40,272 nt of DNA from Elusimicrobiota bacterium. Lineage in GTDB: Bacteria; Elusimicrobiota; Elusimicrobia; 2-01-FULL-59-12. Numbering within the stretch: the first letter of the stretch is position 1; the number at the start of each line of letters is the position of its first letter. The notes beneath the pieces are model-generated. The model was not told where the DNA came from. It saw nothing but the letters and a program-made list of their open reading frames with translations, and searched no databases. Positions 1-9,148 of the stretch are shown here, piece by piece. Made by a program: the position numbers and the translations under genes. The stretch is taken from contig JANLWZ010000246.1 in NCBI GenBank assembly GCA_031364865.1, positions 1 to 40,272 of the forward strand, read 5' to 3'.

Positions 1-1
1 T

Positions 2-304
2 ATGTCGGGGAACCTCACATCCGATGTGACGACCGTCCGCTCTGTCGACAACATCGGCATTGAGCTTAGTTGGACCGGCGTCCCGGTCGGCACCTTCACA
101 GTCGAAGGCTCCGTCAGCGGCGATACCTGGGTCACGCTTTCCTTTCAAGATCCAACTGGAGCCCTCGTCTCCTCGATCCCAACTGCTGGGGGACCGCACC
201 TCATCAGCCTAATAGACTTTCCCTACGATCAGGTTCGCGTGAAATATACCAGCACCTCAGGTACCGGTGTTCTCCAGTGCTGGCTGATGGCGAAGAGGGC
301 GTAA
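2..304 (+). CDS. hypothetical virion-associated protein, C-terminal part (appears to continue from 40232..40272 across the window junction)
   Basis: Open frame from base 2 to TAA at 302-304. It lies immediately upstream of the fibre gene. It is in frame with the ORF that runs off the 3' end of the window (gtt ga|t atg). Confidence 0.6.
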   Translation: MSGNLTSDVTTVRSVDNIGIELSWTGVPVGTFTVEGSVSGDTWVTLSFQDPTGALVSSIPTAGGPHLISLIDFPYDQVRVKYTSTSGTGVLQCWLMAKRA

Positions 305-308
305 GCTT

Positions 309-1673
309 ATGTCAGACTATAAATTTCCTCCTGTTTCCGGTTCCGGAGGCGGAGGAGGCGGCGAAGTCAATACCGCGTCCAACGTAGGAACGGGCGAAGA
401 TGTCTTCAAAGCCAAAGTCGGCGTAGACCTTCAATTCAAAACGCTGCTCGCAGGAACCGGCATCACGATCACTCCCGGAACGGACGAAGTCACAATCGCA
501 GCTCCTGATACCGGCGATGTAGACGGACCAGCAAGTGCAGCCGACAATTCGCATCCACTTTTCGATGGCGTCACCGGCAAGCTCCTGAAGCAAGGCAATA
601 CCGAAGACAATAGCGTCTCCCTTCAGCCGCTTGTAGATGGAGGCCTCAATCTCGGAAGCCCTTCCAATCGCTGGGTTGGCCTCTATGTCTCCGAGTCCTT
701 TCTCTTTGGCGAAGACTTTATTTCCGGCGAGTTCATTTCACAGACCACGGCGCTAGAACTCTCCTTCGCGCATTACGCAAACACGACACTCGCCCCCACC
801 CTCTTCTTAAGGAAGTCTCGCGGAACCTACGCAACACCCACTTCGGTTGCTAATGGTGACTTACTCCAAACGCTGAGTTTTCAGGGCACAACTGATGGGA
901 CAGGGTCCTTTCGAACCGGAAGCCGAATCGTCGGTGCCGTCTCTGCTGCCATAGTCTCCGGAAACCTGCCTCCTTCGAGTCTTTCCTTCTTCACATCGAA
1001 CACGGCTAATGCCGAAACTGAGAAGCTTCGCATCTCTCACGACGAAAGCCTGATTTTCCCGACGGCGGCTTCACTAGGAACCGTTACCGTCGCAGACCGC
1101 CCTGGCGATGTTTGGATGGGCGGACGGCTCGTTTTCGGAACTGGCGATCTCTCAACCAATCGCAGCATAATCAAGAAAGATACTTCCGGAAACAATCGAC
1201 TGACGATTGCTTCAGACGTGATCCGGCTTTTCCGCTCTGATGATTCGACTTACTACGCCTCTTTCGCTAAGGTTGGAGCTAGAAGCTATTTCACAATCAC
1301 GGATGGCGATATCCTTTTCGATGCCGACGGCGGTGGAAGCATCGGCTCTCGTGATGGCGGAAGCACCTTCGAAAGACCGCTCGACATTTTCCTCTCCCGC
1401 AACCTTCGGGTCGGCCTAGGCGGAGGAATTCGCATCGCCGAGGGCTTAAATGGAACTTCCGGGGCAGTGTCTCTAGTTGCAGGTTCGGCCACTGTTGCTA
1501 CAACAGCCGTGACAGCTACCAGCCGCATCCAACTTACCGGAAACGATGACGGAACAGGAACCCCCGGCTTCCTTCGAGTCACTGCCCGAACTCCAGGCGT
1601 AAGCTTTACGATCACTTCTTCAACTGGGGCCTTGGATGATTCATTGGTCGCCTGGTCGATAACTAATCAGTAG
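309..1673 (+). CDS. tail fibre / receptor-binding protein
   Basis: 454 aa. Gly-rich N-terminus followed by [34 protein letters not shown], a motif I recognise from phage tail-fibre N-termini. Ser/Thr/Gly-rich beta-type composition. Located in the late arm next to the lysis genes. Confidence 0.7.
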   Translation: MSDYKFPPVSGSGGGGGGEVNTASNVGTGEDVFKAKVGVDLQFKTLLAGTGITITPGTDEVTIAAPDTGDVDGPASAADNSHPLFDGVTGKLLKQGNTEDNSVSLQPLVDGGLNLGSPSNRWVGLYVSESFLFGEDFISGEFISQTTALELSFAHYANTTLAPTLFLRKSRGTYATPTSVANGDLLQTLSFQGTTDGTGSFRTGSRIVGAVSAAIVSGNLPPSSLSFFTSNTANAETEKLRISHDESLIFPTAASLGTVTVADRPGDVWMGGRLVFGTGDLSTNRSIIKKDTSGNNRLTIASDVIRLFRSDDSTYYASFAKVGARSYFTITDGDILFDADGGGSIGSRDGGSTFERPLDIFLSRNLRVGLGGGIRIAEGLNGTSGAVSLVAGSATVATTAVTATSRIQLTGNDDGTGTPGFLRVTARTPGVSFTITSSTGALDDSLVAWSITNQ

Positions 1674-1686
1674 GAGTAAGAAATAA

Positions 1687-1941
1687 ATGGCCCTTCAGAA
1701 AACAAAAACAGCGAGATCGGGAGCATCCGTTTCCTACCATCGCATCGTCTGTATTAGCTTCGAGAAAAGCCGAGGCGTAGTTGAGATCAGCATCGCCTCT
1801 CACACCGAAGCCCCTGGCTCACTCGAAGCCGTCGAGGTCTCGATGGTTCACCTAAGTGGGCAGAGCGCCTGCCCGTCCTCAAGCGAAGCCTACGCCGCTG
1901 TGAAAACACAGCCGGAGTGGTCGGATGCTACAGACGCCTAA
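1687..1941 (+). CDS. hypothetical protein (possible fibre assembly factor by position)
   Basis: 84 aa ORF with AGGAG upstream. Follows the fibre gene and overlaps the holin start by 17 nt. Confidence 0.45.
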   Translation: MALQKTKTARSGASVSYHRIVCISFEKSRGVVEISIASHTEAPGSLEAVEVSMVHLSGQSACPSSSEAYAAVKTQPEWSDATDA

Positions 1942-2338
1942 AGTCATCGCCTGGATTAAAACCGCGATCCTAACAAGCATCGCGTTTTTCGCTCCTGTAC
2001 ATAAACTTATGTACATGACGGTGATTCTTATTGGCTTCGATCTGGTCACTGGTCTCTGGGCAGCCGTTAAGCGAAAAGAGCGCATCTCTTCCACGAAGCT
2101 GCGCCGCACCGTCGCCAAGACCATCGCCTATCAGACGGCCATCATGCTCTCGGCTATCGTCGAATGGTTCTTCCTTCCCGAAATTCCCTCAATCCGAATC
2201 GTTTCCGCCATGATCGGCATTACGGAGGCTACTAGTGTTCTGGAAAATCTTGAAAGCGTTACTGGCCTCAAGTTCCGCGAAGCTGTCATCTCCAAACTCC
2301 AAGGAAAACGAGATGAGCAACCCCCCTCGGCTGGTTGA
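1925..2338 (+). CDS. holin (Phage_holin_4_1-like)
   Basis: 137 aa with several hydrophobic helices. Carries a GFDLVTG motif and a C-terminal ITEATSVLENL motif, resembling the E..SILEN signature of that holin family. Overlaps the endolysin start. Confidence 0.7.
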   Translation: MLQTPKVIAWIKTAILTSIAFFAPVHKLMYMTVILIGFDLVTGLWAAVKRKERISSTKLRRTVAKTIAYQTAIMLSAIVEWFFLPEIPSIRIVSAMIGITEATSVLENLESVTGLKFREAVISKLQGKRDEQPPSAG

Positions 2339-2756
2339 GACTCGCGTCCGCCACACAAACAATGGCGACTGCCCAAAATGCGAAGAAATCCTTAACCGCT
2401 TCGCGGGATGCCATCCCATGCTCGTCGATTGGTTCGTTCAGCTCCAGAGAAAGCACCCAGACGCGCACATAAGTTGTGCTGGAAGAGGAAGAAAAGACCA
2501 GGAAGACGCGAAGAAAAGAGGGGCCTCGAAGGCGAGCTATGGCGAAAGTGCTCACAACTACAATATGGCGCTAGACCTCTTCAAGATGCATCAAAGCGGA
2601 GCCGAATGGCCGAGAGATTGGTTCAACGAAGTTGTGGGAAAGACCCTTCCGGGCTGGCTAACGTGGTACGGCGCTCCAGGCAGCAAGTTCTTTGAGCTAC
2701 CGCACGTCGAGGTCACGAATTGGCGATCAGACCAACGGAAGAAGTTGGTCGAGTAA
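2313..2756 (+). CDS. endolysin, zinc peptidase M15 family (L-alanyl-D-glutamate / D-Ala-D-Ala peptidase-like)
   Basis: ATG at 2313 preceded by AAGGA. ESAHNYNMALDL resembles the SxHxxGxAxD motif and ELPHVEV resembles the C-terminal D/ExxH(F)E motif of M15 peptidases. Directly follows the holin. Confidence 0.75.
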   Translation: MSNPPRLVETRVRHTNNGDCPKCEEILNRFAGCHPMLVDWFVQLQRKHPDAHISCAGRGRKDQEDAKKRGASKASYGESAHNYNMALDLFKMHQSGAEWPRDWFNEVVGKTLPGWLTWYGAPGSKFFELPHVEVTNWRSDQRKKLVE

Positions 2757-2973
2757 GGTCAATCCCCGACGCAGCCCCCATCTCGAAGGCGCCTTCAAGG
2801 GCCTCTGCCCGACTTTTCCCATCAGCGCAAATCTGAACGAGCACGCAATTATTCTGCCGCGCAAGCGTCATCACTAGCGTATAGCCACGCTTCCCATGAT
2901 GCCGAAACTCAATGAAGTTGATGCGGTATCCACGCGCTTGCGCATTTCTAAGCTTACTCACTTTTCCCACCAT
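2713..2973 (-). CDS. hypothetical protein
   Basis: 86 aa from ATG 2973 with AGAGGA about 11 nt upstream. Overlaps the terL stop by 16 nt and the convergent endolysin 3' end by 44 nt. No recognisable motif. Confidence 0.35.
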   Translation of the reverse strand: MVGKVSKLRNAQARGYRINFIEFRHHGKRGYTLVMTLARQNNCVLVQICADGKSRAEALEGAFEMGAASGIDLTRPTSSVGLIANS

Positions 2974-4343
2974 GGCGTATTGTCCTCTTTTCCTAGGCGC
3001 TCCTCGATGTCGCGCATTTCTTTCTCCCAATAAGCTTCCGTGTTGAAGGCGGGCTCATCCACCTTCGCTTTATATCCCCAATGCGTGCTCTCTCGCCAGG
3101 CATAGAGGAAGGAGTCGCAAAGATGGTTCTCATAGCGGGGATCTTCCTTCTTGCGATCCTCGTCCCACTGTAGCATTTCCAGCTCGTTACGAAACTCCGT
3201 CAACTCAAGATCCAACTGAATCTTCCCCTCAAAAAAATCCGAGTTCACAAGTTCAATATACTCGAACTTTTTTGTCTTCTCTGCCGCTTTGATAGAGATG
3301 CCGTATCGCTTCCGCATTTCTTCGACGATTGTCTTGCCCAAACCGCCAGTATCACAAACCGTGGCAACAGGATTATAGCGAGACTGAAAATCACGAACCA
3401 CATTGACGACCTCCGTAACAATCAATTGCGACCGCTTAAAGGTACTGACCACATGCAAGTTGGGCGATGCCTCTGAGAAGGCCAAAACCGTGATTGCGGT
3501 AGCGTCATTATATCCTAAGTCGACGCCCAAAATATACTGCCAATCCTTCCCGCCAGGAAAGCTACGCATGTTCCGATTTCGGTCAAAGCGATAGACGAGA
3601 TCGCCCTCGGTCTTAACCCACACTCCGCAATACTCGCGGAGATATTGCGGATTATTTGCCGACCAGCGCTTCTTTTTTCGGTAATTCTCTAGCCACTCTG
3701 CCGCATGTTTTATGTACGGGTTATCAAGAAGGGTCCACTTATGGGAAGAATAAGTCTTGTCCGCTCCGGTTGTAGCCTCATAGAAGGGGCCGGTACAGGA
3801 AGCATTGGGAGTGCCGACCAGACACAACGTGCCGTTGAAATCGATCAAGGCGGGAGTAATGATGTCTTCGATCACATAGGTTATGTGGCTGCCGTAGGAT
3901 TGTGCCTCATCCAATACGGCCAATCTGAGGGCCATTCCGCGAAGCGATTCGGCGGCGACGACATCGTTAAGGCCCACACAATAAATAATCGAGTCATTGG
4001 CGAAGGTACAAGTCAGCTCCGTCTCATTGAACTTACAGCCAAGCTCGAAACGCTTCGTCAGCTTCTTCAAAAGCCCCCAAATCACCTTTTTGGCACTGGC
4101 CCTCGTGAGAGCCCCATAGATGCAATTCGCCCCACCGTGGAGTAGACACTCAATGATGAGGTAGACGGCGAGAGCATGGCTCTTTCCTGCGCGACGTGAA
4201 CAGACGGCGCTCTTGAATTTGCCTACATCCTGAATGAAGGCCTTCTGCTGTTGGAAAAGCTCCGCAACTAGCTCATTAGGGACAATCGTTCGCCCAGAGC
4301 GCTCCAGAAGCTCGCGCAGTACTTCTTCAGGCCTGATGGACAT
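2958..4343 (-). CDS. terL: terminase large subunit
   Basis: Walker A-like CSRRAGKSHA, Walker B-like LAVLDEAQ, and a C-terminal RNaseH-like nuclease region (GVDLGYNDATAITVLAF). ATG at 4343 (MSIRPEE). The track ORF extends to a GTG at 4388. Confidence 0.9.
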   Translation of the reverse strand: MSIRPEEVLRELLERSGRTIVPNELVAELFQQQKAFIQDVGKFKSAVCSRRAGKSHALAVYLIIECLLHGGANCIYGALTRASAKKVIWGLLKKLTKRFELGCKFNETELTCTFANDSIIYCVGLNDVVAAESLRGMALRLAVLDEAQSYGSHITYVIEDIITPALIDFNGTLCLVGTPNASCTGPFYEATTGADKTYSSHKWTLLDNPYIKHAAEWLENYRKKKRWSANNPQYLREYCGVWVKTEGDLVYRFDRNRNMRSFPGGKDWQYILGVDLGYNDATAITVLAFSEASPNLHVVSTFKRSQLIVTEVVNVVRDFQSRYNPVATVCDTGGLGKTIVEEMRKRYGISIKAAEKTKKFEYIELVNSDFFEGKIQLDLELTEFRNELEMLQWDEDRKKEDPRYENHLCDSFLYAWRESTHWGYKAKVDEPAFNTEAYWEKEMRDIEERLGKEDNTPWWEK

Positions 4344-4575
4344 AGCTAATAGCCCGGATGTTGCTCCAAGGAATGAGGTAGCGTCCACCAGCGGAAGTAA
4401 CGATCACGCCATTGGCCATCTCCTCCATCTTGACGCGCGTCTTCTCGTCGATCCAGCTCTTAGAGCCGATATCGCGAATCGTTACGGCCTCAACGAGCTG
4501 TAAGGAGAGAATGGCGCTTCCAGCCGAGATCGCGGCATCGTGGGAGCCAGTGGGTTGCATAGATTTCTTTACCAT
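4327..4575 (-). CDS. hypothetical protein
   Basis: 82 aa from ATG 4575 (MVKKSMQ) with GGAG 9 nt upstream. Overlaps the GNAT 3' end and the terL 5' end. Confidence 0.4.
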   Translation of the reverse strand: MVKKSMQPTGSHDAAISAGSAILSLQLVEAVTIRDIGSKSWIDEKTRVKMEEMANGVIVTSAGGRYLIPWSNIRAISYVHQA

Positions 4576-4915
4576 GGATGCTTTCTCCAAAAGCCTTCTC
4601 AATAAGGCTTGTTCCAATTCCTAGTCGTCGGTAGAGCTGCTTCACATATAGGAAGTGAACTATCGGCGTTTTTTCGATTTCTTGCCCGACGATATACCCA
4701 AAGATTTGATTTGGGTCTTCAGCGCTGCACGCCAAGATTGTACGTGCCGTGAAAAGGATTTTCGTAATTGCTTCAGTTTGCGCTTTATAGTAGACATCAT
4801 TTGGCCAATCCCTCGTTAATTTTGAGTTCCGATACGCCTTCAGCCACGAATTGAAGATGAAGGCCTGGTCCTCAGGCCGCGCTGGGCGGAATAGGATCGG
4901 AAGATTCTTTGCCAT
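4490..4915 (-). CDS. GNAT-family N-acetyltransferase
   Basis: ATG 4915 (MAKNLPILFRPARPEDQAFI) with GGAG 7 nt upstream. YRRLGIGTSLIEKA fits the acetyl-CoA binding R/QxxGxG/A motif. Confidence 0.65.
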   Translation of the reverse strand: MAKNLPILFRPARPEDQAFIFNSWLKAYRNSKLTRDWPNDVYYKAQTEAITKILFTARTILACSAEDPNQIFGYIVGQEIEKTPIVHFLYVKQLYRRLGIGTSLIEKAFGESIHGKEIYATHWLPRCRDLGWKRHSLLTAR

Positions 4916-5069
4916 CGTCTTTCTCCGCTTCTTCCATCGCATAAATTGCGCCCTGGAGCTGGAGGGCACGCTGCGTTGAGGCAGCTAGCTCCTTCTCAAG
5001 CTTCGCCCGATGTTCCATCGTCTTCTTCAGATCTTCCTCGAACTTCGTTTTCAGGCTCTGTACTGACAT
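4872..5069 (-). CDS. hypothetical coiled-coil protein
   Basis: 65 aa with a strong SD (AAGGAGAG) 7 nt upstream of ATG 5069. Heptad-like charged sequence. Overlaps both neighbouring genes. Confidence 0.55.
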   Translation of the reverse strand: MSVQSLKTKFEEDLKKTMEHRAKLEKELAASTQRALQLQGAIYAMEEAEKDDGKESSDPIPPSAA

Positions 5070-5397
5070 TGATCGACTCTCCTTTCAAGGACTTCATTAA
5101 GTCCGATTCTTGTGCAAAAAGTTTTTTGGCCAATTCCGCAAGCTGCTCTTTCGTCAGATTCTTCAGCTTCGATTCTTTCTCAATCTCCCGCTCTTCCATG
5201 GCCACAGAGCGAAGAGCCTTAACGCAAACAGAAAGAATCTGTGCATCATCCCCATTCAACCCATTTCCTGACGCCTTGCGAGCAAGCGCATCAATGGTAT
5301 CCGAAATGATGTACTTCGTCCTTTCTACCAGCGAACGGACCGACGGGTTAACGACCTCTATGGAGCCATCAGATCCTTTTTTTACAATTCTACTCAT
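4996..5397 (-). CDS. hypothetical protein (small-terminase candidate by position only)
   Basis: 133 aa from the second ATG (MSRIVKK) with AAGGA 8 nt upstream. Lies upstream of terL in the packaging arm. No diagnostic motif. Confidence 0.5.
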   Translation of the reverse strand: MSRIVKKGSDGSIEVVNPSVRSLVERTKYIISDTIDALARKASGNGLNGDDAQILSVCVKALRSVAMEEREIEKESKLKNLTKEQLAELAKKLFAQESDLMKSLKGESINVSTEPENEVRGRSEEDDGTSGEA

Positions 5398-5902
5398 TCC
5401 CATCGTCCTTTACAACCTTTTTTACCACGAAGTCGAAGCGAGCCGCCTTCTTCGCAATCTCCTCTGCCTCTTCCTTCTCATATCGAGCGTCGGCCATCAT
5501 GCGCTTCTTAATGCGCAGCAGGACCGTAGTCACGTTCTGATGCTTCATGCCCTCTTGTGCCCCAATTGCCCTGTGTGTTGCGCCAATAACATGCTGTGCC
5601 CACATGCGCTTTTCCTTCGGCGTTTTGAAGGTGCCATGGTGGAGGTACCAGCCTGCCTTCTGGAAGTAGAAGACCGTCTGGGGGCGATAGGCCTTCCGCA
5701 GGTTGCTGAAGGGCTCTGTCATGAGGGCGCTGGTCGTATCGCCCTCTATATAATGATATTCCAAATCCTTGAAGCCGGTCGCGCGGAGCTTCTGGTACCA
5801 TTCGGCCTTCAGTTCCAAAAACTCGGGCTTAGTAAAAGTAGCCGGTTCCCTAACTCTTCGCTTTGTCTTTTTCCAGTCTAATCTCTTGGTGCCTGACGAC
5901 AT
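5390..5902 (-). CDS. hypothetical basic protein, possible DNA-binding / small-terminase candidate
   Basis: 170 aa. Basic N-terminus, a WYQKLRATGFKDLE segment and a possible HTH (GMKHQNVTTVLLRIKKRM). Function inferred weakly. Confidence 0.5.
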   Translation of the reverse strand: MSSGTKRLDWKKTKRRVREPATFTKPEFLELKAEWYQKLRATGFKDLEYHYIEGDTTSALMTEPFSNLRKAYRPQTVFYFQKAGWYLHHGTFKTPKEKRMWAQHVIGATHRAIGAQEGMKHQNVTTVLLRIKKRMMADARYEKEEAEEIAKKAARFDFVVKKVVKDDGNE

Positions 5903-6041
5903 AGAGTCCTAGTTGATAACGCCGTTGTAGAAGCTTCGCCTGTTTATAAGAGCGAATTACCGGCGAGAGATACGTCCGCTCAATTGCATCGGCCACTCGA
6001 AAGCCTCCGCCATAAACTTCGATTGTGTACCTACGATTCAT
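5850..6041 (-). CDS. hypothetical protein
   Basis: 63 aa from ATG 6041 (MNRRYTIEVYGGG), which avoids overlap with the upstream gene (stop at 6046). No clear SD. Confidence 0.4.
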   Translation of the reverse strand: MNRRYTIEVYGGGFRVADAIERTYLSPVIRSYKQAKLLQRRYQLGLYVVRHQEIRLEKDKAKS

Positions 6042-6045
6042 AGTT

Positions 6046-6345
6046 CTATTTCGCGAGTGCCGCGCCCACTGCAATACCCGCCAATGCCCCCAGACCAGCA
6101 TAAGCCCACCAAGGCAGAAGAGGGCGATCCCTAATAGCAGCAATTTCTCGTTCATAGGAAGCATCGCGTTGTTTCCTCACTTCATCGGCATACCGCTCTA
6201 TCGCGGACTTCTCGGCCTCTAGCGCCTCTGTGTACTCAATACACGCATTCAGCGCATTGTCACAGTTTCCGGCATAAACAGGTGCCGTCACAAGAGAAAA
6301 TAGCGTAAATACGCTAATTATCAATTTCTGATTTATTGTCGACAT
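6046..6345 (-). CDS. envelope protein with N-terminal signal peptide and C-terminal TM anchor (spanin-like candidate)
   Basis: MSTINQKLIISVFTLFSLVTAPVYAG signal-like N-terminus, charged helical middle, C-terminal LLPWWAYAGLGALAGIAVGAALAK. Overlaps the upstream membrane coiled-coil gene by 32 nt. The start is uncertain; the track ORF extends to 6411. Confidence 0.5.
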   Translation of the reverse strand: MSTINQKLIISVFTLFSLVTAPVYAGNCDNALNACIEYTEALEAEKSAIERYADEVRKQRDASYEREIAAIRDRPLLPWWAYAGLGALAGIAVGAALAK

Positions 6346-6589
6346 AGATCTTAATTGCATCCTGTGCTTTTTTCTTCTTCTCTTCTGAGGCCTTTCGGGC
6401 AGCGTCGACATCGTTTGCGATTTCTCGAAGGCGTTGCTCGTCCGTGTTCTTCAGAAGCTCATGCCGGGCTTCATCGCGCTGCGTCTCCGCCCGATTCAGC
6501 TTAAAGCCGAGATAGGAGAGGACGATCACAACCGCCGCGACAATCGCCGCAACCGGATTTTTAAGGAAGAACTTCAGCGCTTCTATCAT
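6314..6589 (-). CDS. N-terminally membrane-anchored coiled-coil protein (i-spanin-like candidate)
   Basis: ATG 6589 with AAGGA 5 nt upstream. 91 aa with one TM (PVAAIVAAVVIVLSYLGF) followed by a highly charged helical region. Confidence 0.5.
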   Translation of the reverse strand: MIEALKFFLKNPVAAIVAAVVIVLSYLGFKLNRAETQRDEARHELLKNTDEQRLREIANDVDAARKASEEKKKKAQDAIKIYVDNKSEIDN

Positions 6590-7037
6590 TTTTTCCTTCT
6601 CGCTTGAGCCAATAAATGCCCATGTTGTATGCGGCCCACGCATCCTCTGAGTCGAAGACTTGTGGGCTAAGCAAGCTTTCCCATAGGTATTGGGTTTCCG
6701 CCCAATTTGCCGCCTTCTGCCAGCTCTTAATGTAAACATCCTGATCTACAAAAGCGCCAGTAGCAGCAAGAACGCCGCCAGCCAGACCGACCGACCAAAT
6801 GCACATATAATGAGTACCATAATTAAGTGTCTCAATATGTACCTCGTCTTCTTTTCCAATTCCTAGCGTTGTCACCAGCGCTTGGAGCTGATCGTAAATC
6901 TCGCCCAACCGCTTGAAGGCGTCTTTGCCCTTCGCGGTCAGTGTTCCCGCTCGCACAAAGCGCCCAGCCTCATCAAAAAGCGCCCATCCCAAGCTTTTGC
7001 TTCCAGGGTCGATAAAAAGTTTCTTACTCTTTGACAT
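6561..7037 (-). CDS. RuvC-like Holliday junction resolvase / endonuclease
   Basis: 158 aa. N-terminal FIDPGSKSLGWALF (catalytic Asp), HIETLN (Glu) and SEDAWAAY near the C-terminus, as in RuvC-fold resolvases. Adjacent to the DNA polymerase. Confidence 0.7.
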   Translation of the reverse strand: MSKSKKLFIDPGSKSLGWALFDEAGRFVRAGTLTAKGKDAFKRLGEIYDQLQALVTTLGIGKEDEVHIETLNYGTHYMCIWSVGLAGGVLAATGAFVDQDVYIKSWQKAANWAETQYLWESLLSPQVFDSEDAWAAYNMGIYWLKREGKNDRSAEVLP

Positions 7038-8982
7038 CTGCTAGCGAATGAATCTTCAGGATCTGCGCTCTAAAGGGAAATTCCAAAGAGAGCTTCTCGT
7101 TTACTGCCGTTAGCGCATCCTCAAAAACGAGCCGCGCCTCTTCGTAGCGACCTTCTGGCACATGCCAACCAGTCGCATCATGTACATCTAACAAGAATGG
7201 TACCATATCCAGCTTCCGCTGTCCACCTAACCGATGAATCTCGAAAACCCAAGCCATAAGGGCATCATGCCCACAGCTCTGAATTACGCGATTCAGGAGG
7301 TCCTTGCACCAGAAGTCGGGCAGCCGCACGATCCGCCCAAAGGGAGTCTTGATCTGCCCCTCTTTGCGGTAGACAGCATAAAGCGCTCCTTCTAGCCGCT
7401 TCACAGCAGCAAACTTTTTCCAATAGGCCTCGTGCAGCCGCTTTGCTTGGGGGAGCGAGATCTCGATATTGTCCTGCGAAAGGATTTTCTGAATCTTTCC
7501 GGGTCCTGCGCCGTACTGCGAGGCCAGATGCACTACCTTCGAGATATTGCGCTCACGCTTAAAAAGGCTCTTAACCTCATCCGTTGGCTTCTCATTTGGG
7601 TTGTATCCTGCGGCCAATTCCTTGTTCTCCGGGAAGAGAGCCAAAGCCGCATCCAGATAGATATCGCCCTTACGGTCCCGGTATACCTTCAGAAGCGTCG
7701 GGTCCTCGGAGAGAAGGGCCGTGAAGAAAGGTTCGATGGAGGTCAAATCCGCGTAAATGCCGACCCGCCCCTCCGGCACCTTGAAGGCCTGCATCAGCTC
7801 GCCTTCCTTGAAGGGCAAATTCTGCATATTTGGCTCGCGTCCAGAGAGCCGTCCCGAGACGGTGCCCGTCACATTGAAGGAGGGGTGAATTCGCCCATCT
7901 GCGGCAATGTGCTTTAGGTAGCTCTCCGCATACGTGATCGCCGTTCCTACCTTCGAGTGTTTCAGAAGCAGGGCTGCCGCCGGATGCTCCATCTGTTTCA
8001 GTGCGACCTTGTTAGCCTGCCGCTTGCCCTTCGGGGTTTTCTCCTTCACGCGCTCACCGATGACGTCATAAAAAAGCTCCGCGAGCTGGTCAGGCGAATC
8101 GAAGTTGAAGCGCGCGTGGCGCGTAGTGTCACTTATAAATGACAAGCGTCCCGCCTCAGTTTTATAGGAAGCTGCTCGCTCGTCGCGCCACTTGGCCTCT
8201 AACTGCGCGATTTCGGTAGAGCAAAGCTTGTAAAGCTGCTCCTCAATTTCCTGGAGCTGCGCGGTCCGACTCTCGATGAAGCGCTCGACAATAGTGCGAT
8301 CCGTCGGAACGCCTTCGCGCGTGTTCCACTCAATCAAGCGCTTATAGGAGATGATAGTATCATGAAAAGCCCAGTATGCATTTTCATCAAAGAAGCCTTT
8401 CAATTTGTCATAAACGCAATAGGTCGCATAAGCATCCAATGCCGCATATTCTGCGAGCACGTTTAGATCGGCAAGAGCAAAGCGCGGATTTTTCTTATCT
8501 CCGCCATTTGCGATGATCGAGTCCATAACAGCGTCTTTATTGGACTTGTCCCAATGTAGAAGATCCGTCATGGCCGCCTTCAGGGAATAGCTCTGCTTCA
8601 CGTATGGGGCGGAGGAGAGATGCCAGAGAATTTGTGTGTCTCGCGTGAAGGCCACTTCCACTTCGAGGTGTCTTGCGAGCCATCGCTCGTCGAAGAGGTA
8701 ATTTTGTCCTACCGCGCACGTCAAACTTGCGAGAAACTGTCGCAAAATGACAGTTACTTGCTGGGGGGAGATGGCCGAAAGCTCAGGCCCATGGAAAAGC
8801 GGAACGTAGAAGGCCGGTACTCCGGGGGCATAGATGGAGACGCCGAGAAGCTTGGCCCCTGGAGCATTCTCATCTAACCCGGTCGTTTCCGTATCAACCG
8901 CAACCGGCCCCGTAGGGTCAATCTTTGTGAAAAGGGACGTAAGTGTTTCCGGGTCCTGAACTAATAGCCAATCTATCTTCAT
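7024..8982 (-). CDS. DNA polymerase, family A, with 3'-5' exonuclease domain
   Basis: 652 aa. Exo I VDTETTGL, motif A IYADLTSIEP, motif B RNISKVVHLASQYGAG, motif C LLDVHDAT. Confidence 0.92.
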   Translation of the reverse strand: MKIDWLLVQDPETLTSLFTKIDPTGPVAVDTETTGLDENAPGAKLLGVSIYAPGVPAFYVPLFHGPELSAISPQQVTVILRQFLASLTCAVGQNYLFDERWLARHLEVEVAFTRDTQILWHLSSAPYVKQSYSLKAAMTDLLHWDKSNKDAVMDSIIANGGDKKNPRFALADLNVLAEYAALDAYATYCVYDKLKGFFDENAYWAFHDTIISYKRLIEWNTREGVPTDRTIVERFIESRTAQLQEIEEQLYKLCSTEIAQLEAKWRDERAASYKTEAGRLSFISDTTRHARFNFDSPDQLAELFYDVIGERVKEKTPKGKRQANKVALKQMEHPAAALLLKHSKVGTAITYAESYLKHIAADGRIHPSFNVTGTVSGRLSGREPNMQNLPFKEGELMQAFKVPEGRVGIYADLTSIEPFFTALLSEDPTLLKVYRDRKGDIYLDAALALFPENKELAAGYNPNEKPTDEVKSLFKRERNISKVVHLASQYGAGPGKIQKILSQDNIEISLPQAKRLHEAYWKKFAAVKRLEGALYAVYRKEGQIKTPFGRIVRLPDFWCKDLLNRVIQSCGHDALMAWVFEIHRLGGQRKLDMVPFLLDVHDATGWHVPEGRYEEARLVFEDALTAVNEKLSLEFPFRAQILKIHSLADVKE

Positions 8983-9148
8983 GGGCTTTCTCTCTCCTTA
9001 GTACCTGTAGTTCTCGGTCAATCTCTCTAAGGTCGTTTGCGGCATCTGAAACTGCGTGCCAATCCTCGTCGCCATCAATCTTGGCGCGCATGTACTCAAT
9101 CAATGATTGTCGCTCTAATTGTAATGTCTCTGTTCTTTTAATTGTCAT
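8918..9148 (-). CDS. hypothetical protein
   Basis: 76 aa with charged helical sequence. ATGA-type 4-nt overlap with the upstream ORF. Overlaps the polymerase start by 65 nt. Confidence 0.45.
   Translation of the reverse strand: MTIKRTETLQLERQSLIEYMRAKIDGDEDWHAVSDAANDLREIDRELQVLRREKAHEDRLAISSGPGNTYVPFHKD

Noticed and set aside
4946-5881. 311-aa plus-strand ORF, the longest unexplained ORF in the track.
   Set aside because: It lies entirely antisense to four SD-preceded minus-strand genes. Its composition is Ser/Leu/Phe-rich and low in complexity, and it has no SD. It is most likely a shadow ORF. The same reasoning applies to 7432..7917, 10176..10610, 11576..12043, 12885..13226, 14159..14503 and 25225..25695.
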